From the human T2T-CHM13v2.0 reference genome, Homo sapiens, in assembly GCF_009914755.1 (NCBI RefSeq), contig NC_060933.1: a stretch of DNA of 64,000 nucleotides. One strand, written 5' to 3'. The position numbers and the translations under genes are program-made. The notes below the pieces were generated by a model that saw nothing but the letters and a program-made list of their open reading frames with translations, was not told the DNA's origin and did not search any database. This document shows positions 10,911-25,360 of the stretch, piece after piece (positions within the stretch are counted from its first letter, which is position 1; the number at the start of each line of letters is the position of its first letter).

Positions 10911-13560
10911 CATTAAAGCAAAAGGACCAGAAAGAGCGCACTTTGACTTATATTGATAGGTAGTCACGCGAATATCAAAAAAATAGATCAGTAATTTAGA
11001 AGTGGGTGAAACAACCAACACCAAAGAGATAATACAACCCCGGAGTTCCCAGAAGTAAACACTCTAGAGGAGATTGGATAGTGAGTTAATGTTCATAAAG
11101 CAAGCAGTTTTGATCAGCATTGTGGAAACAAATATATGTAGGGGGATTTTTTTTTTCTTAGTTTTTGAGTAATGCAATTCTTTTCATGTTAAGTATCTGT
11201 AGTTATGTCGGGAAATAATGTTTAACAGTTTAAATTGTTATACAAGTATTAAAAGTAAAAATATAACACTAGCCCTAACATTTACTTAGTAGTAACCCAC
11301 ATACATTTAGAAAAGATTTTATTACAGAGATCCTGACTAATTATGTAATTGCACAACAGACGACGATAGCTTCAGGTATTCTCTAAAAACCCTGTTGAAT
11401 TATGTGATTACCAGTGAGACTAGAATAGCTCCCGATGAATTATTCTTATCTCTCTACTAAATGTGAGCACGTCAGTATTTTAATCTCAATTATGTTTACC
11501 CTCAAAGTCCTAGAGAACTTAAACGACATTGTTCGGGTTCATACCTCCTACAACACGCAGTATTTTTTTTTAAAAAAAGGCATGGCCTTATTACCAAAAA
11601 AAAGTTTTTTCCCCTTGTATACACATCATACATACGTTTGGCTGTGTGTGAATAATATACATAGCTATTTTCAGTGATAATAAGTGCAAAACTAAAAGTG
11701 GGATTGGCCCAATTAGACTTTAGAAAATGCCCAACTTTAAAATAATTTGTCTAACTGCAAGTTTAACAGTTCCCAATTTCTCCTCCAAAAAAATTAGCAT
11801 ATACAGCTTGGAGAAGGGGAATGAATGACTGGGAGGGAGGGGATACACACATGTAGCTATCTCCACACTCAGCTATAACTTCCCAAGGAAAATTAATTTT
11901 TAATGTTTATCTTGCTCCAAGTTATTGTAACCACTTAGCGAGTATAGCTATAACTCAGTCTCCCCACTCAGTTCAAGTGGGTAACAAACAGATCTGTTTT
12001 CATTCTAGGATTTCCAAATAGTAGTTTCATGGTCAAGTAAATCACATTTAGTACTAAGGAAACAAATATAAAATATAAAGATTCTATGCAGCTAAATAAA
12101 AAATTTATTTAGAGTGAGAGGATAACACTTGACCAACAGAAGAATGATGGATATAGAAATAAGTAACATGTAAGTAACACTTGCATGGGCAGTGTTATCA
12201 AATACTAAAACTTTTATGTAAGTGTGCAACAGAAAGTCTTCTCTGTTATTATTTGAAGTCCGCAGCAGAATTACCAATCCCTCCCAATGTCATTACATGC
12301 AAAGGAGAAAGGACATTATAGAGAGAATCTAGATTTGTTTAGGAAATATTTTGAGACACAAAATAGGAAAAGGAATAGGGAAAGAAAGAGAAAAGTATTT
12401 CCTCCATTCTCATGATGACTTGGAGGAATCCAGAGTTTGTATCACCTGTCAAAGAATTTCTATCTAAGCATTTTATTTAGTCATAAAATGTACCATTGTG
12501 TGTCATGTTCAGGCTTTCATATATTATCTTTTTTTATTTGGATGTCTGTTTCTTTTGACATGTGAAGCTTATAATGATACTTATTCCTATATCCATCATT
12601 CTTCTGTTGGTCAAATATGTACACATATTATCATTAGATGATACCTAAGGTTTATAAAATAGGGAGACTGATTTTCAAGCATGTCTTAGAGAAATTGGTC
12701 TTGCTAATTTTTAGTTACCTCAACGTGTTGTTGCTTCTAAATTTTTTAATTGGTAAATAGTTATGGTCTTTTAATCTACAACGTCGCCTGCTTTTCTGGT
12801 TTTTATATTTTGCAATGTAAATAAATATGCAAAAAACTGAGAAGTGTTTTGAAATAGATGCTCCTTTTTAAATGAAAATTATCTTGGTTGAAAGCCTTTC
12901 TAAGAATATAATTAAGGTCCAGTATCTTTTTATATTAATCTTTTGTTATAAATTATAAATAATTATTCATTTTTTAAAAATAGCACTGTCCAACACTAGT
13001 TAAGCATTTTGGGCCTCTGGCACATCTAACTGAGTGATTCCAATGTTTTTAAATGACATTTTTTTCTGCCTTAAGTTGCAGGCACAATTCATTCCATAGA
13101 ACTTACCAGAAGCTTCACAAATACACTTGCAGTTAAGATTTTTCTGCTTCTTCCTAAAGCCAATTAACTGGTAATGCAGTTTCTGTATGTTGTCTTCAAA
13201 TTAAGAATTTTAAAAATGTACTAGCAACATCTGTGTATATTTATCTTTGAGAATAATCACTATATAATTATTTCTAAAAGGCTTGCATTATTACAATGCT
13301 TTATATCATAATTGAAGTAATTCCTCTACCCCATCTAAACCAGTAATTTTGAGTCATTACCCCAAAGGTGTTTATTTTGTCTTACTTTTCTATTTCTCAA
13401 AAATAGAGAAAGTGTGTTTTAATTTCTATGATTTTTATATTATTAAAGGGTACACACTGGTTTATTAGATTTTTATATTTAGTCCATTATTATACCAGAA
13501 TTTGTGCAAATTTAAAGTATGTAATAAAGATAGTGGCATATTTAGGATGCAATACTAAAT

Positions 13561-13727
13561 AAAACATATACCATCTTTTAAAACAATTGGATATTGAAAA
13601 ATAATATTTTTAGAATTTAAAAAATACATAATGTATTTTTGAATATGAACATATAAACACATTCTTTTAAAACAATTGGATAACTATTTTTAGAATTTAA
13701 AATGCATATTGTATTTTTAATATAAAT
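13561..13727. repeat. Diverged ~80-90 bp tandem duplication in AT-rich DNA
   Basis: Two copies of ...tcttttaaaacaattggata...tatttttagaatttaaaa...cat..tgtattttt... Confidence 0.8.
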
Positions 13728-15925
13728 TTGGAAAGATTCATATTTTTTATTGCCTCAGGCAATAGTTTTAAATATTTCCTAATTATATAAAAATAGGGAG
13801 GCTTAAATTAGGACATTTATAAAGTGCCAAATGTTGGCATTTTGTCAGATTTCATTAGATGAGAGCTGTCCCTGCACTACTTTTATTCAGGAGAGGAGAG
13901 TGCATGTCTAGTGTATTGTCCTGTAAGAGGAAAACCCAGGCATAAATAACAAGTCATGGTAATAATTTGTATTATTCATTGGTTATAGCACTCTTCAGCT
14001 GTAATTCATTATGCCTCTTCTTTAGATATTGATGGTAAAAACAAATGCGATACCATTCCTACAAGACATAGTCGCCCATCATAAAGAATTATATTTGTGG
14101 AAAAGACTTCAAGAAATTACAAGATAGGCATCTGCAGTGGAGTTGAAACACCACACTGCCCAGGACAGGCACACTGGGTCATTTTCTAACCATTGAGAGT
14201 ATGGGTACAAAAATAAATATACACATGCAGTGTTCCTTCTTTCACTAACTACATGCTGCACCTGTGCACACATAGATCTGATGACATCTGCTAACATAAT
14301 AAATCTCAAGTGGTTTGTGGTGTCATCAAAAACCTGAGATGGTGGTATGGCTCATAGCCTTACCAACCCCCGGCTATGGCCTTGTTAAATTTCACAAGCT
14401 AAATAGAGACAGACTCAGACTTATTCCATGCACCAACCAGAGGTTTTCAAGAGCAGGTTAAAGTGGTTTACAGAAAAAAAAAAAAAAAAAAAGCCTGCAG
14501 TTATGACTCAATGTGTGAAAAATCTGCTCTCTGATTCAACAGTGGTAAATCCAGGATGCCTTCTAGCTTTAAAAAATAATGTTTATTGCAATTGTTATGA
14601 ATTCTCAGTTTGAAGTATCAACGATTTCTTAGCCTATTTATGTTTTTAAGACTTATAAAAATACTATGAGCAATTAATCTTCCTATCTTGCTTACTCACA
14701 CTTTTGTGCAACTTTAGAATTTCAACCATCAAAATGCCCTTAAAAAGAAAACAATAAATTGGAATCAATTTCAGCTATAATGATTAAATTGAGCATAAAA
14801 AAGCAAGTGTTTTCTGCAAAAAATTTCAGGATATTTTATGCCATATTAAGGTTTCTGAAACAACAGAATTACTAAGGTATTTTTTTTTAACCATTTTCAA
14901 AAAACAGAGGCATCTGGCAATCCAGAAATTAGTGAGGCAACAGGATGCACGAAAGCGCTAGACAGTCTACTGATCCTTCAGTATAGTCCTGGCAAAAGAC
15001 CATCCTGCCTTTTGCTCAGTGAGGCCACATTCAAAAGAAAGTCAATGTTAATTCCCCTATATTCAAATCCTGTGGCCAAATGTCCCCAGTGTCACAGATT
15101 CCTGTTGGCATATCTAGAACATGTTGATATCATTTCAAGTTGCCTTTTACTTAAAGAAGATCAATAACTATATTTTGTGTCTATATTCCGTAAGTAAGAA
15201 ATCGTAGGTGCAGCCCAGGGAGTAGAGGAGGAATTCATTCCTACTACAAACACACATTGCATGCTTAGCATGGGTCTGGACCTTGGGCTGGGTGCTGCCA
15301 TACAAGTATAGATAGGTTTTTGAGGATCTCTGCATTCGTGATATGAAGGCCTTCTATTCTGTTGTGCTAATATTTTCCTCCAAATTTGTTTAGAAAAGAG
15401 TAGCCTTCCCATGGGGTGTTTTGAAAACCTTCAAATAAACTCTAAATAACAACCTGTGGTTTTCTGCTCACTTTGCAAGCAGCTGATGTGGGCTTGTAGA
15501 ATGAAAATAGTGTTCATATAGAAACCAAAGAAAAATGTAATTAGGGATGATAAGTCAGCTGCCCTTCTCATCCCACTTCATCCACTAAAACAAAACAAAC
15601 CAAAACAAAACCCTCCTATAATATATTCAAAAGTCAAACAAACAAAGTTGGGAAAATTTTGATACCACTATGGTTCATGATGTGAGAAATATTTTTGTAA
15701 ACAGAAGAAGAGAGAAGGGAGCAGTGGTAGATGGAAAAATTCAGGCACATAGAATTTACCTAGCACCCAACCAGTACTGCTTTCTTTTACCAACTTTTTG
15801 TTCGAGGATGATTGACAAGCAAATATGGAGGTCAGAATAGAAATACAAGTTTTAGGAACATACCTAAAGTCACTGCCTCTGCTTTTTTCTCTTCATATCT
15901 GGCACCTTCTGAATTGCTCCCCGCC

Positions 15926-16223
15926 TTTTTTTCTTTTGTGATAAGGTCTTACTCTGTCACCAAACCTGGAGTGCAGTGGTGCTATCAGGGCTCACTACAT
16001 CCTTGACCTCCAGACCCAAGGGATCCTCCCACCTCAGCCTCCTGAGTAGCTGCCACCACAGGTGTGCACCACCATGCCTGGCTAATTTTTTACATTTTTT
16101 TGTAGAGATGGGATGTAACCATGTTGCCTAGTCTGGTCTCAAACTCCTGGGCTCAAGTGGTCTTCCTGCCTCAGCCTCCCAAAGTGCTAGGATTATTATA
16201 GGCGTGAGCCATGGCATGGGGCC
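15926..16223 (-). mobile_element. Alu (AluJ-like)
   Basis: Full dimeric Alu in antisense orientation with J-type features (gggctcaagtg, cctcccacctcagcc). Confidence 0.92.
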
Positions 16224-16924
16224 CTGAGCTGCCCTTAATATATATATATATTTTAACCATTATCTTTAATTTTTTTTGGTTATATGAACAATAGTAGAGA
16301 TACTTTAAATGAACAATTAACAAGATAAAAAAGATATCCACCCACAGTCCCATCACCTAAAAAATTTGTTTCATGTGCATATATCTGGTATCTGCTTATA
16401 TGTAATATATATATATATGATTGCATAGTTATAATCTTAAAATGAATATAATTTCATTTCATAATTTTTCCACTTAATTTTCTATTTGTATTGTTGATAT
16501 TAGTGAATGGTCACAAAATTGTGAAATTAGTGACAAATGGTCACAGAATTGTAAAGTTGTTAAAATTAAAAGAGACTTTTGAGACCTGTAGATAAGAGAT
16601 TAAGAAACAAAACTGGAACCAACTTTTGTTTTTTCCCTCCTAAATTTGTAATGTTGATATTTACTGTTAACATTTAAAACTTGATATATTTTGTTGAAAA
16701 ATCTAGATATTTTGCTTTTTTTGAAAAAGTGGAAGGTGAGACTTTTTGGGCAAGTGTTGCACATAACACGAAGAGTTTGGAGTGGAGTAGCAACTGCCCC
16801 CTTTAGATGGGGCTTGGTCTCCACAGTCCCCTTTGCCCCTTCTTGTATCATATTGGCCTGCTTTCCTCACTTAGATTTCTGACTTGCTTTCTATACCCCT
16901 AAGTGTACAGTTCTTGATCTAGAT

Positions 16925-17055
16925 CAAATGCTCTTCTTATAGATGAAAAACAAAGTTCAGAGAGGTAAAGTGACTTACTTATGGCTGCTAAGCTAGTTAG
17001 TTGCAGTGCCAGCATCCTAAAGGACACCTCCTGACTCTAAACAAGCACTCTTTGT
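16925..17055 (+). mobile_element. MIR fragment
   Basis: agatgaaaaacaaagttcagagaggtaaagtgacttactt...gctagttagt resembles the MIR core. Confidence 0.7.
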
Positions 17056-17268
17056 ATTAATGTTTTTTTCAGAGCATGTGGGGAAGGGGCTTCTGTGTGC
17101 CAGTATGAGCAGCCTCACCATAACTACTGTGACCACAAGCTCCTTTATAGACTGAAATGTCCCAGGATAGCCACTCATCACCTTTTATGCTCCAGGTCAT
17201 AATTAACATTTGATGTCCACATGCCAAACACCTGACCCCCCTGCAAATCCTGGGCCCACTCACAGTGA

Positions 17269-17587
<319 letters not shown>

Positions 17588-17616
17588 ATCTTTCTCTTAT
17601 TAAAAACCCAGTAACA

Positions 17617-17972
<356 letters not shown>

Positions 17973-18904
17973 TCACTTTATGGGGATAACATCAAATATG
18001 CTCTAATTGATAAAGGAAGTACCTAACTAAAAAGTTAAATACTTTATAATATTCTTATCTGACATACCTCACAGAAATGTGATCATGTGCTAAGACCCTA
18101 GTAGAGAATCATCATCCTAAAAAATATAAAGATTCCCTCTGTACAGAGACCATATTTTCCGATCACTAAATCAGAACACATGGTGCAACCAAGCATTTTT
18201 TTTTAAATGATTTTAAGATTTTGAAAAGTTTTGAAAAACGTTTTTTAAATAGTTTTTAACCGTGTTTTAATAAATCCATTCTATGAAAATAACAAATGTA
18301 TACCATCTAAGAATGATGATCCATGTCTGTTGTAAAATTCTTAGAAATTTGCCTAGAAAATGGGATTTGATGACAATCACTGCCATTTCATCATCATAAG
18401 CATCCTGTGTAGTTTGTACTTGCAGTGCTTTGTTTTTTTAGACAGAACACCACTCTCTAGGTTTTGCTCCCAAATGGAGGTAGACCTGAGGACACACATA
18501 GAGTGCCACAGAGTCAACACGGTGAATAATTGAGAAGCTCGTACATTATGTACATGTTGAGTCTACAGTTACTCTCTTGGTGGGTGAAGAAGAGGTCCAT
18601 ATTCAATCAGGCTCCAGGCTCATTCATAGATGTGATCTTAATGGCCCATATTCTAATGAAAGCACCCTGTTAATTGGGCAGCTTGGGCTCTCTACTTCAT
18701 ATATAGGAGTCCAGCCCCTCTGTACTGAGTTTCCCCGAGGTCTAGATATGCAAGCTTTTTCGGGGGCATTTTAAGTGACTACCTACCAGCCGGATCTTCT
18801 CTTCTGTGACCAATTTAGGCCAATGGCAGCACTTTAATTAAGCAAGGCCTCCCTGGGGCAATGGTTTCTCCCAACTTTAGATTAAAAGTACCATCAAGAC
18901 AAGT

Positions 18905-19080
18905 GATAATAATTACTATTTACTGAGGTCTCACTATGCTTCCGCCCTGTGCTCAGTACTGTATTTCATCTAAGCTCTTTTAAAGACGAGGCACTGGAGG
19001 TTTGGAAAGACTGAGTAACCAATTGAAGGTCAGAGCATTCATGATCCAGGTCATTCTAATTCCCAAGCCCGTTGCCATAG
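18905..19080 (+). mobile_element. MIR fragment
   Basis: tttactgaggtctcactatg...gacgaggcactggagg...gagtaacc..aaggtca, MIR-like. Confidence 0.55.
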
Positions 19081-19434
19081 CTTAATAGTTTATGCAGCAA
19101 GGACATGAAACTACTAGATGAATGGGGCCCAGTCACAGGACTTGCCTTGGAGGCTTTCCACTATGCCTCAAAGCATTTTTATCACTCTTCTTTTGAAATT
19201 GCCTTTTAAACCCCAGGCACATTCTTCTAAATATTATCAATAGGGTAGATCTTCCTCCTTTGAGTGTGGATTTAAGTTTTGGATATAGCCAGGATTCATT
19301 CAATACCCTGTGGGGATTAAAGAACTTATCAAGCTGGGTAAACCAGTTTGGGTTGAAAACGAGGCATGTCAATGTAAGAAGGTTATATTCATTCTCCAGT
19401 ATGTTCTGAAAGTAATGGAATATAGGCTTTCAAC

Positions 19435-19650
19435 TTGGACCTGGAGGCATTGACTTTTTGGGTTCAAATCCTGACTTAGCCACGCAAAGGCTATGTGACT
19501 CTGGACAAGGCAGGTAATGATTCTTAACCACGATTCCCTTACCTTCGAAAATCATGCCTGCTTCAGTGTGGTTGTTTGGGGATCAAAATTTTTCATTTGT
19601 CAAAATATGTAGGACTGTTTCTGAAACATAGTCCTTTCTCAATAAATATT
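19435..19650 (-). mobile_element. MIR fragment
   Basis: gggttcaaatcctgacttagccac...tgtgactctggacaag, MIR core in the opposite orientation. Confidence 0.6.
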
Positions 19651-19825
19651 TTCTGAATCTATATATCGATTATTACTTTTCTTTGTCCTCGTTCTTCAAA
19701 TAGGGTGAGAGATGATAAACAAGAATAGATATGGTCTGCGACAATGACCAGACTCCAAGCCTCTCTGAGTGCCCCTAGGCCTGTGATAGCATTTATTTGC
19801 AATTATAGTTTAAAAACCAAGAGGA

Positions 19826-20144
<319 letters not shown>

Positions 20145-20959
20145 CTAGCTCCCTGATGCCAAGAGAGATGGATATAAAGTAGACTGTGTTGTAGTTTGAA
20201 GTTTCTGGGGGGCAGTTTTATCTCAAGGTTGCTTTTAGGTTTTTCCTAGAAAGGTAAGAAATTTAACAGCATCTTGAGCAACTGCATGTTCATAAATATT
20301 TATGGAGCACCTCCCCTGTGCCACGCCCTGTGCTCAAGTTGAGACGGGAGCAGTGAGGACCGGAGCAGTGTCCAAAAGGTGCTTTGGTGACAGGCATTGA
20401 ATGATGCTGCCCAAATGCTAAGAATTGAGAACATATCAGAACCTACCAACACAAAGAGTGTTAGTCATCTATTGAAGAAGACGTCGTCACTTATCAGGCA
20501 ACAAGTGAATGCCTGCTGTGCCCAGGAAATACAGTACGAACAAAACCAGTGATATTCTAGTGTGGAGGAGAGAGACGGATGGGGAGTGGGAGGGGAAAAT
20601 GAGGCTATAGCTAACAGAAACATAGAGCTTGTGTGCTGTTGTTCTGAGGCCATGAGCTTGCCAGTCTGTTCAATGAGGTCGGAAGGGTGGTCTGATAATT
20701 CTAGAAGTCTTGCAGGAAGGCTTTTATCAAAAGAAGGAAATGAGAAGTGTGCAAAGCCTTTCTACAGCCTACAGTCAATCAGGGGTATTCAGGGGTATCT
20801 AGAGAGGAGACAGGATAGAGCAGCCTCCAAGGAACGCTATTGTAGAGCTTTGGCAGCTGATCTGGAACCACCTTGGTCTCTCCTTGGCAGCACCCTGCAA
20901 GCCTGAATGCTTTGAGAGATGTATGCCCTTTCACTCTGGCTTATGCTCACTTTCACAAC

Positions 20960-21160
20960 ACTTATGAAATACATTATCTCATTTGATCCTCCTAATAATC
21001 CTATATTACAGGTGTAATCTTGTCTCTTGTTTTACAGATGAGAAGATTTGTGTGCATAGAGAATAAATAAATCACCCAAGGTCAATAGCTTGCAGGTATC
21101 AGAGGCAGGATTTGAACCTAGGAAATGTGGTTCTAGAGCCTTAGCTCTTAGCCATGAATT
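20960..21160 (+). mobile_element. MIR
   Basis: tctcatttgatcctc...tttacagatgagaa...cccaaggtca...ggcaggatttgaacctagg. Confidence 0.8.
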
Positions 21161-21479
21161 ATAAGCAGACTTTTTCTTCACCCCTCTTTCCTCATCCTCC
21201 CACTCAACAGAGTGGCTTGTACCCACCCTTAAAATCTCTTCTCCTTCCCTTAGGGCTCATTCTAGGCCCCACAACTCCCTAATGGGGAGACATATCATGG
21301 GCACCTTTATAGTTCAACTACTCCACACTATAGCCTGGTCAAAACTTAGTCACTGAAAAGAGTCACTTCAGCAGCCTTGGCCTAAGTCTTTGGATCCCTA
21401 AAAAGTAAGACCTAAGTGACTGCCTTGTCTCTCTTCCTGTGCTTTCGAAAAAGAAATTGTCGTGTGGTCATACCATTGA

Positions 21480-22430
21480 ATATTATATAACACCGAGAAG
21501 AACAACTTTCTATATAATGTGTATCTAGGAAAGTATACATCACGAGTGTATAGCTAAATGTATTTTCCATGTCACCACCATACATCTTAAGAGATGAAAA
21601 ATTATTGGCAATGCAGAAACCGTCTCCCAATCTCAGCAAATTACTAGCCCTAATATTCTTCCCAAAGACAACCGCTGTACTGATTTCTAACAATACAAAC
21701 TTGTACTGCCTGGTTTTGAACTTTACATAAGAAAAAGCATACAATATTTACTGTTATGTCTGAATTATTTCGTTCAGCCTTTCATGTGACATTCCTCTCT
21801 GCGATTGCAGGTAACCGTGTTTTGTTTTGTTGTTTCCACATTGCAGTATGGAATTCTATTGTATGCATACAGCACAGTTTATCTATTCTGTACCCAACAA
21901 ACCTTGGGTTGTTTCCAGTTTGAGGCCAATATAAATAATGGAGATATGAACATTGTCTACATGTTTTCTATTACACATATGTATGCATTCTTTTGGGGTA
22001 TAAGCCTATGAGTAGAATTTCTCAGTTATAAAGTATGCCTGTGGTAAATTTTCGTAGACAATGCCAAATGGATTTCCAAAGTGGATGTAGTAATTTATAC
22101 TCCCACCAGCAGTATATCAGTTTTAATTGCTTCACATCTTCATCAAGACTATATTCCAACGTATAGCAATATTTCCATGTGGTTTTAATTTGCATTTTTC
22201 AAATGACTGATGAGGCTGAGCACCTTTTCATCTGCTTATTAACCTTTTGGATATCCTCTTTGAAATGTCTGTTCAAATATTTTTCCCGTTTTTATTTGCA
22301 CTCTTCTACCTTTTTCTTGTTGATTTGTAGGAGTTCTTTGTATACTCTACACGTGAGTCCTTTGCCAGTTTATATCTGTTGCAGATTTCTCTTCCTACTT
22401 TGAGGCTTACAATTCCACTCTTTTAATGTT
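21480..22430 (-). mobile_element. Old L1 (L1ME-like) 3' fragment
   Basis: ttgggttgtttccagtttg, tatactcccaccagcagt and gtggttttaatttgcatttt are typical antisense L1M 3' motifs. Confidence 0.8.
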
Positions 22431-22436
22431 GCAATA

Positions 22437-23895
22437 TTTTTTTTAAAAAAACATGTTTATTCAGGTGTAACTGCCATACAATAAACTGCACATGTTTAAA
22501 GCGTACTAATTGATAAGTTTTGACATCCATATACACCCATGAAACCATTACCACCATCAAGATAGGCAACATTTCTATTACCTCTAAAAATGTTTATATG
22601 CCTCTTGGTGATCCCTCTGTCCTTTTCTACCTCCCTTACAACCACTGATCTACTTTCTATCATTATAGCTTAATTTGCATTTTATAACATTTTATGTAAA
22701 TGGAATCAAACAGTATGTACTCTTTTTCATCTGGCTTCTTTCTTTCAGCATAATTATTTTGATATTCATCCATGTTGTTGTAACAATAGTTCATTTCTTT
22801 TTATTACTCATTAGTACTCCATTGTATTGTATAACACAATTTATCTGTCACCTGTTGATGGACAATTAGGTTTTTTCCAATTTTTGGCTATTACAAATAA
22901 AGCTGCTATGAACATTCATGTACAAGTCTTTGTATGGACATGTACTTTCAATTCTGTTGGGTAGATATCTAGCAATGGAATGTCTGGGCATATGGCAGAT
23001 ATGGCAGGTGTCTGTTTAACTTTTTAAGAAAATGTCAACACCGTTTTCCAAAAGTGGCTGTATCACTTCACAATTCCACCAGCAATGTATGAGAGCTCCC
23101 ATTCCTCCACATCCTCACCAGCACTTAGTATGATCAAGCCCTTTTATTTTTAGCCATTCTAGTAAGTATGTAGTGTATCCCATTATCACCGTAGTATTTG
23201 TCTCCTTAATAAATAATAGCGTTGAACATCTCTTTATGTGCTTACTTGCCATTTCTATATCTTCTCTGGTAAAATATGTATTCAAAACTTTTTGCCCATT
23301 TAAAAAATTGGGTTGTTTGTTTTCTTACTGAATTTTTAAGTTTTTTGTATACTGTGAATACAAAGCCTTTATTAGATGTTTGATTTGCAATATTTTCTGC
23401 CACACTGTGGTTTTGCTTTTCAGTCTTCTAACAGGTTCTTTAGAAGAGCAGAATTTTTAAAGTTCGATGAAGTCAAAATTGTGGATTGAGCTTTTGGCTT
23501 CATATCTAAGACATTTTGCTTAATCCAACATCATGAAAGATTTTTTCCCTCTGTTTTCTTTCAGAAATTTTATAGTTTTATGTTTTATATTGAGATCTAT
23601 AATCCATTTTCAGTTAAACTTTGTATTTAGTGCAAGGTATGAGTCAAAATTCATTACTTTTATATGGATATTTAATTGTTCCAACACCATCTATTGAAAA
23701 GACTTTTTTCCCCCACTGAATCGAGTTCAAACCTTTGTCCAAAGTCAGTTTTCCACATACATGTGGGTCTATTTCTGTTTTTCTATTCTGTTTCATTGAT
23801 TTATTTGTCTTTATCCATGTCAATTCCACACTGTCTTAGTTACCATTGTGTCGTTATAAGAAGTCTTGAAATCAGGTAGTGTTAGTTCTCCAGAT
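22437..23895 (-). mobile_element. L1 (L1MC-like) 3' fragment
   Basis: Starts with the L1M 3' end (catacaataaactgcacatgtttaaag...) and continues into degenerate ORF2-terminal sequence (KWNRIE/EIDPH-like peptide in ORF 23644..23829). Confidence 0.85.
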
Positions 23896-24371
23896 TTGTG
23901 CCTTCAATATTATCTTTGGATGAACTCTTCTGGTATTTTGTCTTGTTTTTAACAAGTTTTCTCCAAGAAACCTTGAATCTGCTCAGACCATGTTACAACA
24001 TGAAGCTGCAATTAGCACCTGTGGATTTTAATTCCTTTATTCCCTTGGGCCTAAAAGTCATTTTTATTCAAAGATATGTTTTTATAAATGTATGAGCCCT
24101 GAAGGGAGTGGGATTGTGGTGGTATTTAACCAAATTATCATCAGCTATTATGGTAACTGACCACCAGCTGAGCACCTGACATTTTTGGAAAATGACTCTA
24201 CAGACTGACCTCATGGGCCTGGGGAAACCCAGGTGGAAGGTGGGAAGGAGGAGAGCCACCTATTTATGGTAATGCTTACAAGTAACCAGGCATTGCTGGG
24301 TGTTTTGTATATAGCAACTCACTTTTTCTAAGATGCTTATAATCTCACTTCTAGAGATATGCTCTGAAGCT

Positions 24372-24927
24372 GCGGTCCATAAGCCTTTTCTGTAAAGGAC
24401 TAGATATTTTAAGCAGGACCAGCTTCATGGGCATGGACCTGCGCAGTGGCCCAGAGCCTGTGCTTAGAAAGCTCCTGTGCTTGGTTTAATGCTCTGCAGT
24501 CACCACATCGAAACACTTTATTTATTTATTTATTTATTTTGTGCTTTTTTCCCTTTTTATCTAAGTAAGAAGCGCTGCTGAATTTTTCAGTTGAAACTGG
24601 GCATTTTGTAGCCATAATGCCCAGATTTTAGGTTTTGCAGGTCATACACTCTCCGTCACAACTACTCAACTCTGCCAATGTTATACACAAAGGGGCCACG
24701 GACAATATATAAACAATGAGCCTGGCTGTGTTTCCATAAAACTTTATATATGGATACTGAAATTTGAATTTCATAAAACTTTTCCATGTCATGGGATATT
24801 ATTCTTCTTTGTTTTTGTTCTTCCAACCATTTCAGAATGTAAAAACCATTCGTAGCTCTCAACCCATATAAGAGCAGTTAACAGGTTCTATTTGGCTTGT
24901 GGGTGATAGTTTTCTGGCTGCTACCCT
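24372..24927. mobile_element. MER58B-like hAT DNA transposon, interrupted by a MER91A-like element
   Basis: ttttctgtaaagga...tattttagg...caactactcaactctgcc...ataaaacttta...aatttgaatttc...aaaaccattc.tagctc matches remembered MER58B. Confidence 0.75.
24414..24624. mobile_element. MER91A-like hAT-Tip100 element nested in MER58B
   Basis: caggaccagcttcatgggcatggacctgcgcagt...cttggtttaatgctctgc, flanked by near-identical 8-mers attttaag / attttagg. Confidence 0.7.
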
Positions 24928-24929
24928 AG

Positions 24930-25360
24930 GGAGACTCCTGCACATGTGCAGAAGGTAACATATACAAGAAGTTCTCAGTAGAATAGTCCATAAATGCTCC
25001 AGAGGAGAAACAAGCAAAAGTTCCCTCAACCACAGAATGGATAAATGCATTGTATTATTTATATACAACACACGGTTGAAAGAAAGAAGCAAGTCATAAA
25101 AGGATACATGCAGTATGATTTTATTTATGTAAAGTTCAAAAACAGGCATACAAAAGTGCTGAAATCAAAATAAAAAAGTAAAAGCAAGGAAATGATGGTG
25201 AGAAAAATCATAATAATGGTTACCTCTCAGGAGAGGGAGGTGATGGGGTGCGGACCTGGCAATGTTATATTTCTTGACTTGGGGTCATTATTGCATTGGT
25301 GTTTACTCTATATTCTTTGAATTAGACATTTTATGTGTATACTCGGAAGTGCACATCTCC
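24930..25360 (+). mobile_element. Old L1 (L1ME-like) 3' fragment
   Basis: agaatggataaat...aagaagcaagtcataaaaggatacatgcagtatgatt...aatggttacctct. Confidence 0.7.

Noticed and set aside
13098-13160. Strong minus-strand donor CTG|GTAAGT
   Set aside because: No in-frame ATG before an upstream stop and no promoter features; kept only as a negative control for the micro-exon idea.
16500-16558. ~28-bp tandem duplication (tagtga..atggtcaca.aattgt.aa)
   Set aside because: Ordinary slippage duplication in AT-rich, probably L1-derived DNA, with no functional cue.
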